Shown: positions 58,283 to 64,000 of the stretch, piece after piece
Position numbering within the stretch: the first letter of the stretch is position 1
Layout: the number at the start of each line of letters is the position of its first letter
Source: Opitutia bacterium
Lineage (GTDB): Bacteria > Verrucomicrobiota > Verrucomicrobiia > Opitutales > Opitutaceae
Reading direction: 5' to 3'
Assembly (NCBI GenBank): GCA_947478395.1
Contig: CANJVR010000009.1
Span: 27,232-91,231 of the forward strand
Length of the DNA stretch: 64,000 bases
Notes under the pieces: model-generated
Told to the model about the DNA's origin: nothing
What the model saw: only the letters and a program-made list of their open reading frames with translations
Database searches by the model: none
Translations under genes and position numbers: made by a program

Positions 58283-59515
58283 CTAACCAGCCAGGCGCCC
58301 GATAAAATCAAGCAACACGCGCAACGCGACCTCAAGATCGGCCGGGGCGGCATATTCATCCGGATGATGACTCAAACCATCGCGGCATCGCACAAACAGC
58401 ATCGTCACGGGCGTGAGCGTCGCCAGCACGACTGCGTCATGACCCGCCCCGCTGACGAGCGACCGAGAACGGCCCTGCACGGCCTTCACGCTGCGCTCGA
58501 GCGCCAACGATAGCTTGGGCGAAGAGGCGACGGCGCCATTGTCCTGCGTGACCGTCCATTCGCAGCTCAGTCGGCGACGGCGCGCAATCTGTGCGGCTTG
58601 TTTCAGGAAACGCGCGAGTGCGGCCCGACGCGAGGCGTCCCGAGGATGCCGCACATCGAGCGAAAGCGATACCTCGCCGGGAATCACGTTCGGTGCGCCG
58701 GGTTTGACCTCGAGCGCTCCAACGGTGGCCACCAGCGGCGCGTGGTTGGCCGCATATTTCTCCACAACCAGCACCAGTTCCGCCGCGCCGGCGAGCGCGT
58801 CGCGGCGCAACGACATGGGCGTTGTCCCTGCGTGACCGGCCTTACCGCGGAAAATTAACCGCCCGCGAGTTTGTCCGGCAATTGCGGACACCACTCCGAC
58901 CGCCAGCCGCTCCGCTTCGAGCACCGGCCCCTGTTCGATATGAACTTCAACGTAACCTATCAGGCGACTTTGGCGGTGCGCCGATTTCGGGAGCGCGAAT
59001 TTTTTCGCCGTACGGGCCGCATGAGCATCAAGAGCATCGCGCACCTGGACGCCGTCGGCGTCGCGAAAACGCAGATCGGACGCGCGCAGCTGGCCGGTGT
59101 AAGCCTTGCTACCGATGTAAGCGCTCGAGAATCGAACCCCCTCCTCCTCCGAAAAACCGATGACCTCGACCGCGAACGGCAGCGTCACACCGCGCCGGCG
59201 CAGTTCGCCGAGTACGGCAATGGGCAACAGCACGCCGAGCGGACCATCAAAGCGTCCGGCATTGCGCACGGTATCCAAGTGCGAGCCGAGCAGCAGCGTT
59301 TTCGCGCCGGGCGGACCCTCGCATCGCCCGATAAGATTGCCAACACTGTCCTCGCGCACGGCGAGACCCGCTTCGCGCATCCATTTTCCCACGAGCGCAT
59401 TCGCCCGGACCATGGCGGGGGAAAGAAACGTGCGCGTCAGTGCGCCGGGCTCGTCAGAAATTTTCCCGAGTTCATCGAGCCGTCGAACGAGAATCTGGGC
59501 GGACGTACTGCTCAT
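58283..59515 (-). CDS. allC: Allantoate amidohydrolase (M20 family)
   Basis: GSHLDTV, EEEGVRF, EVHIEQGPVLE, HAGTTPM, SGAGHDA, SHHPDE. Confidence 0.9.
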   Translation of the reverse strand: MSSTSAQILVRRLDELGKISDEPGALTRTFLSPAMVRANALVGKWMREAGLAVREDSVGNLIGRCEGPPGAKTLLLGSHLDTVRNAGRFDGPLGVLLPIAVLGELRRRGVTLPFAVEVIGFSEEEGVRFSSAYIGSKAYTGQLRASDLRFRDADGVQVRDALDAHAARTAKKFALPKSAHRQSRLIGYVEVHIEQGPVLEAERLAVGVVSAIAGQTRGRLIFRGKAGHAGTTPMSLRRDALAGAAELVLVVEKYAANHAPLVATVGALEVKPGAPNVIPGEVSLSLDVRHPRDASRRAALARFLKQAAQIARRRRLSCEWTVTQDNGAVASSPKLSLALERSVKAVQGRSRSLVSGAGHDAVVLATLTPVTMLFVRCRDGLSHHPDEYAAPADLEVALRVLLDFIGRLAG

Positions 59516-59520
59516 GCGCA

Positions 59521-59883
59521 TCAGCTGCCGCGATAGGTACTGTACGACCAAGGCGTCACCAACAACGGCACGTGATAGGACGCATTGGCATCAGTGAGTT
59601 GAAACCGAATCGGCACGACTTCTAAAAATGAAGATTCGACGCGCTGACTGGTGAAATAGTCCTTCACGTGAAACCGGATTTCGTAAGTGCCCTCGGTCAT
59701 TTCGTCCGCACCGAGCAAGGGGGCATCGGTACGACCGTCTGCATTGGTGAGCGTGGAACGCAGCCGCGTGGGCTGGCCGATCACGGGCGGGTGCGGATCG
59801 AAACGCCAAAGCTCGATCTTCATCCCGGCGGCGGGCCGACCGACCGTCAGATCAAGGACATGGGTGCTGAGTTTGGCAGGCAT
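59521..59883 (-). CDS. uraH: 5-hydroxyisourate hydrolase
   Basis: LSTHVLD, TNADGR, YHVPLL, C-terminal YRGS. Confidence 0.97.
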   Translation of the reverse strand: MPAKLSTHVLDLTVGRPAAGMKIELWRFDPHPPVIGQPTRLRSTLTNADGRTDAPLLGADEMTEGTYEIRFHVKDYFTSQRVESSFLEVVPIRFQLTDANASYHVPLLVTPWSYSTYRGS

Positions 59884-59967
59884 GAGAGGAGGATTGTCCA
59901 CGGCTCCATTGAGCCCACGGAAAGCCGATTCGGATCTCCGCGAGTCTGACCCGCGCCGTGGGGCGAA

Positions 59968-60477
59968 TTAGATGCTTAGCAGATCATCGAGTCGGAGCCG
60001 GGCAATTTTTTCGATTTCGGCAAGGGCAGTGGTGAATTCAGTGTCCGGGGTATTGCCGAGGCGGGACTGCATGGCGGTGAGGATCGCGGTGCACGCATTG
60101 AGCCGCGCACAAATGATGAACGGGAAACCGAAGCGCGCGCGGTAACGGGCATTGATCGATTGAAAAGTCGCGAGTTCCTCCGCCGTCAAGCGGTTGAGCC
60201 CGGCGCTGGCCTGCTCGCGGGTGGATGCCGCGGTCAGCTGGTTTTGTTGCGCGAGGCGACCCGCGAGATCGGGATGTGCCCGAATCAGGTCGAACTGACG
60301 CTCCGATGAGGCCTGCCGCATGGTCGCGCACAATTCGGCGTGCAACTGAGCAGCGTCGCGAAACGGCCGACGCGGCCAAGTGTCCTCGGCGACCCAGGGC
60401 GAGTGCTCGAACAAATGGCCGAGGAGTGCGGTGAACCCCGTGCGATCCGAGCGATTGATTTCCGCCAGCGAGGTCAT
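59968..60477 (-). CDS. uraD: OHCU decarboxylase
   Basis: FEHSPWVA, AHPDLAG, STREQASAGL, FGFPFIICAR, EIEKIARLRL. Confidence 0.95.
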   Translation of the reverse strand: MTSLAEINRSDRTGFTALLGHLFEHSPWVAEDTWPRRPFRDAAQLHAELCATMRQASSERQFDLIRAHPDLAGRLAQQNQLTAASTREQASAGLNRLTAEELATFQSINARYRARFGFPFIICARLNACTAILTAMQSRLGNTPDTEFTTALAEIEKIARLRLDDLLSI

Positions 60478-60482
60478 TCCGC

Positions 60483-62075
60483 CTAGGGCAGCAGCTCGTA
60501 GGCAGGCAACGACAGGAACTCGTCGAATTCCTCGCTACGCACCATGCGCATGAAGAGATCGGTCGCGGCGGGAAAGTGCCCGCCATCGTAAACCGTATCG
60601 CCGTATTCGGCGCGGATTTTGGCGAGTTCTTCCGCGAGGAGTTTTTCGTAGAGGGCCAGCGTGATAACGCGGCCGTCGTCGAGTTTGGCACTGTAGCGCA
60701 GCCATTGCCAAAGCTGGGAGCGGGAAATTTCGGAGGTGGCGAGATCCTCCATCAGATTGTGAATCGGCTCCGCGCCCGAGCCGCCCAACCAGGCCTCGAG
60801 ATAGCGGATGCCAACGTGGATATTCCAACGCACGCCATTTTCCGTGATGGGACCGTGCAACGGCGCGAGCATGTCGGCGGCGGTGACCTTCACGTCTTCG
60901 CGCAGTCGATCGATTTGATTCGGCCCCTTCATGTGCAGCGCGAACGCATCGAGCGCCGTTTGAACGAGCCCAGGATGCGCGACCCACGTGCCATCATGGC
61001 CATCGGCGGCTTCGCGCTCCTTGTCGATGCGCACTTTGGCGAAAGCCTCGGCGTTGGCGGCGGGATTGTTGCGAATCGGAATCTGCGCGGCCATGCCGCC
61101 CATCGCGTACGCGCCGTGACGATGGCAAACTTGAATCACATGAAAACAGTACGCGCGCAGGAACGGCACCGTCATGGTGATGAGCGTGCGGTCGGGATAG
61201 ATATATTCCGGACGGTTGCGGAATTTTTTCACCAAACTGAACATGTAGTCCCAACGGCCGCAGTTCAGGCCCGATGCGTGCTCCCGCAATTCGTAGAGGA
61301 TCTCCTCCGCCTCGAACGCACCCAGAATCGTCTCGACCAGGACGGTGGCGCGAATCGTCCCGCGCGGAATCCCGAGGGCGGATTGGGCGTGGATGAACAC
61401 GTCATTCCATAAACGGGCCTCAAGATGGCCTTCGAGTTTCGGTAAATAAAAATAAGGGCCGCTGCCGCGGGCGATGAGAGCCTTCGCGTTGTGGAAAAAA
61501 TAAAGTCCCCAGTCGAACAGCGAGGCCGAGACACGTTTACCGGCGAACCGCACGTGCTTTTCGTCCATGTGCCAGCCGCGGGGGCGGGCAATGATGGTCG
61601 CGATTTTTTCCTTCAGGGCGTAGGCCTTGCCTTCCGGGCTCGTGAAAGTGAGCGTGCGCCGGGCCGCATCGCGCATGGTTAGCTGACCCTCCAGACAGTT
61701 TTCCCACGTGGGGGAGTTCGCATCCTCGAAGTCCGCCATCCAGCATTGGGCGCCCGAGTTGAGCGCGTTGATGGCCATCTTACGATCGACGGGGCCGGTG
61801 ATTTCCGTGCGCCGATCCAGCAGGTCAGGCGGAGGCGGCGGCACACGCCAGTTGCCAGCGCGGATCGAGGCGGTTTCCGGGAGGAAATGCGGGAGCTGGC
61901 CGGCGTCGATTGCCTTCTGGCGTTCGACTCGCGCCGCCAGAATAATTTGCCGGCGGGGTTCGAAACGTAAAAAGAGATCGGAAATGAACGCGCATGCTTC
62001 CGGCGTCAAAATCTCTGCGTAGCGGGAATTCATCGGTCCCGAGATTTCCAAGTCTGCAATAGTAAGGGTGCTCAT
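60483..62075 (-). CDS. aceB: Malate synthase A
   Basis: DRRTEITGP, MADFEDA, RPRGWH, GLNCGRWDY, GHDGTWVAHP, LMEDLATSEISRSQ. Confidence 0.95.
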   Translation of the reverse strand: MSTLTIADLEISGPMNSRYAEILTPEACAFISDLFLRFEPRRQIILAARVERQKAIDAGQLPHFLPETASIRAGNWRVPPPPPDLLDRRTEITGPVDRKMAINALNSGAQCWMADFEDANSPTWENCLEGQLTMRDAARRTLTFTSPEGKAYALKEKIATIIARPRGWHMDEKHVRFAGKRVSASLFDWGLYFFHNAKALIARGSGPYFYLPKLEGHLEARLWNDVFIHAQSALGIPRGTIRATVLVETILGAFEAEEILYELREHASGLNCGRWDYMFSLVKKFRNRPEYIYPDRTLITMTVPFLRAYCFHVIQVCHRHGAYAMGGMAAQIPIRNNPAANAEAFAKVRIDKEREAADGHDGTWVAHPGLVQTALDAFALHMKGPNQIDRLREDVKVTAADMLAPLHGPITENGVRWNIHVGIRYLEAWLGGSGAEPIHNLMEDLATSEISRSQLWQWLRYSAKLDDGRVITLALYEKLLAEELAKIRAEYGDTVYDGGHFPAATDLFMRMVRSEEFDEFLSLPAYELLP

Positions 62076-62151
62076 GAAGAAAAGTGGAGTCATCGTAGTT
62101 ACACGTTGCCGCCTGTCGATAGCGCGAAGAGCTTCACGGACTTAAAAAATC

Positions 62152-62622
62152 ATGAGCCAGGCAGAATTCATGCGGGAGGCGATCAAGCTCGCCGAAGACG
62201 GAATGCGCAGCGGCCGCGGCGGGCCTTTTGGCTGCGTAGTAGTTCGGCGCGGTGAAATCATTGGGCGCGGGAGCAATCGCGTGACCTCGACCAACGATCC
62301 GACGGCCCACGCTGAGGTGGTGGCAATTCGCGAGGCATGCGCGGCGCTGAAGACGTTTCAGCTGAGCGATTGCGAACTCTATACGAGTTGCGAACCATGC
62401 CCAATGTGCCTGGCGGCCGTTTACTGGGCTCGAATCCCTCAGGTGTTTTATGGCAACACACGGGGCGACGCGGCCGCCGTCGGTTTCGACGACGATTTCA
62501 TCTACCAGCAGGTGCCTCTTCCGCCCGAGCAGAGAAGCATAAAAATGGAACTGCTTCTTCGCGAAGAGGCGCAGGGCGCCTTTGTCGAATGGGCCGCGAA
62601 GACCAATAAAATCGCATATTAA
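62152..62622 (+). CDS. guaD: Cytidine-deaminase-fold nucleoside deaminase, probable guanine deaminase
   Basis: GGPFG, AHAEV, CEPCPMC, GFDD..IY, C-terminal Tyr; divergent from the purine-catabolism operon. Confidence 0.85.
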   Translation: MSQAEFMREAIKLAEDGMRSGRGGPFGCVVVRRGEIIGRGSNRVTSTNDPTAHAEVVAIREACAALKTFQLSDCELYTSCEPCPMCLAAVYWARIPQVFYGNTRGDAAAVGFDDDFIYQQVPLPPEQRSIKMELLLREEAQGAFVEWAAKTNKIAY

Positions 62623-62676
62623 GCAGCTGCACCACGCCCTTGCCAAATCCTCCGCCACCCGCACGTTTTCCTGATC

Positions 62677-63327
62677 ATGCATTTCGACAACCTGCAACCC
62701 GCCCTTAACGCTCCTCTCCCCCGTCTCGACGATGAAGACGACGACGAGAAGGATGAGCCTACGCAGAAAAAAATGGGTGCGCCCGTGGCAATGCTGCTCC
62801 AAAAGAAGTTTCTCGAGCAGCGAAAGATTTTTCTTTGGGGCGCTGTGACCGATGAGACCGCCAAAGATATCACCGAACGTCTGTTGTACCTCGAGGGCGT
62901 GGCTCCGGGTAAAGAGATCACGTTTTATATTAACACCCCGGGCGGATCGATCACGGCGGGCATGGCAGTCTTTGACACCATGCAACTCGTCACGTCCCCA
63001 ATCACCGTCGTCGTCACGGGCATGGCGGCGTCGATGGGCTCGATCCTACTTTCCGGTGCAGCCAAAGGCCGCCGTCTGCTTTATCCCCACGCCAGGGTGC
63101 TCATCCATCAACCGTTAATTTCAGGCCGTATGGTCGGACCAGCAACGGACATAAATATTCAGGCTAAGGAGATGGAGAAATTGCGTTCCGAGCTAAACGA
63201 TATTTTAGCCCAAGCCTCGGGTCAGCCGATTGAGCGCATCAACCGCGACACTGATCGTGATTTTTATCTCAATGCATCGGAAGCGATCGCATACGGCCTT
63301 GCGGATCGCGTGGTAGATAAACTTTAG
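62677..63327 (+). CDS. clpP: ATP-dependent Clp protease proteolytic subunit
   Basis: YINTPGGS, GMAASMGS, IHQP, DTDRDFYL. Confidence 0.93.
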   Translation: MHFDNLQPALNAPLPRLDDEDDDEKDEPTQKKMGAPVAMLLQKKFLEQRKIFLWGAVTDETAKDITERLLYLEGVAPGKEITFYINTPGGSITAGMAVFDTMQLVTSPITVVVTGMAASMGSILLSGAAKGRRLLYPHARVLIHQPLISGRMVGPATDINIQAKEMEKLRSELNDILAQASGQPIERINRDTDRDFYLNASEAIAYGLADRVVDKL

Positions 63328-63504
63328 ATCACGAAATATTTGGGTTTTCCGGAAGCGGCGCAAAATTGACCGCCGGGGAAAGTCGAAAAGCGCGCGGTGG
63401 AAGACTTCCATCGGCGGGCGCGAAGCGCGGTTGAGAAACAGTGGCCGACTTTTACTAATAGGGACGTTCGGTACAATCCGCGCGATTACAGAGCCGGCGA
63501 ACCC

Positions 63505-63547
63505 CATAAAAGAAGAAGGCCCGAATGCGTTTGAAGCATCCGGGCCT
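63505..63547 (-). terminator. Terminator downstream of the 5S rRNA
   Basis: Stem aggcccgaatgc/gcatccgggcct with a T-rich tail on the minus strand. Confidence 0.7.
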
Positions 63548-63551
63548 ATAA

Positions 63552-63668
63552 ACCTAGCAATGACCTACTCTCGCGGGACCTATAGTCCTACTACCATTGG
63601 CTACTCAGGGCTTAACGGCCGTGTTCGGAATGGGAACGGGTGGGACCCTGAGCATATAATCACTAGGA
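63552..63668 (-). rRNA. rrf: 5S ribosomal RNA
   Basis: Minus strand contains cccgttcccattccgaacacggccgttaag and gagagtaggtca; terminal helix cctag/ctagg. Confidence 0.97.
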
Positions 63669-63741
63669 AGTGACTCTCTGCGAAGCAGAGAAATTAAAGT
63701 TTCGAAAAGTAAGGGGAAAATTAAACGCCTAAAATTGAACG

Positions 63742-64000
<259 letters not shown>

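Noticed and set aside
56258..58513. 751 aa plus-strand ORF
   Set aside because: Antisense to allE, allB and allC; no recognisable domain

Overview
GC-rich bacterial chromosome segment, probably Verrucomicrobiota/Opitutaceae (inferred from the PVC-type multidomain protein and overall gene content, not from a search). In order it holds: secreted carbohydrate/ester hydrolases (serine hydrolase, alpha/beta esterase, YetA/PL26-like lyase); an LPS glycosyl/methyltransferase cluster; dciA-like gene, rpsO-pnp-surE; a XylR-linked sugar redox cluster; a ~13 kb signal-transduction region around rmuC; purM-purF-purL; assorted small genes; a purine-catabolism cluster (xdhC, fused xdhAB, allE, allB, allC, uraH, uraD, aceB, guanine deaminase); clpP; and the 5S and 23S 3' end of an rRNA operon. 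The best candidate for an undescribed system is at 23966-36848. A stand-alone FabF-fold ketosynthase keeps its catalytic Cys but has Trp and Asn at the two catalytic His positions. It overlaps a multi-TM sensor kinase gene and shares a low-GC patch with that sensor domain. Around them are a paralogous sensor kinase, a hybrid kinase, two pseudokinases, an atypical OmpR regulator and a nucleotidyltransferase. The layout suggests a signal-synthase/receptor (quorum-sensing-like) module, which is inference only. Second highlight: purL carries about five in-frame insertions derived from palindromic/short repeats, two of which clearly match intergenic repeats in this window.
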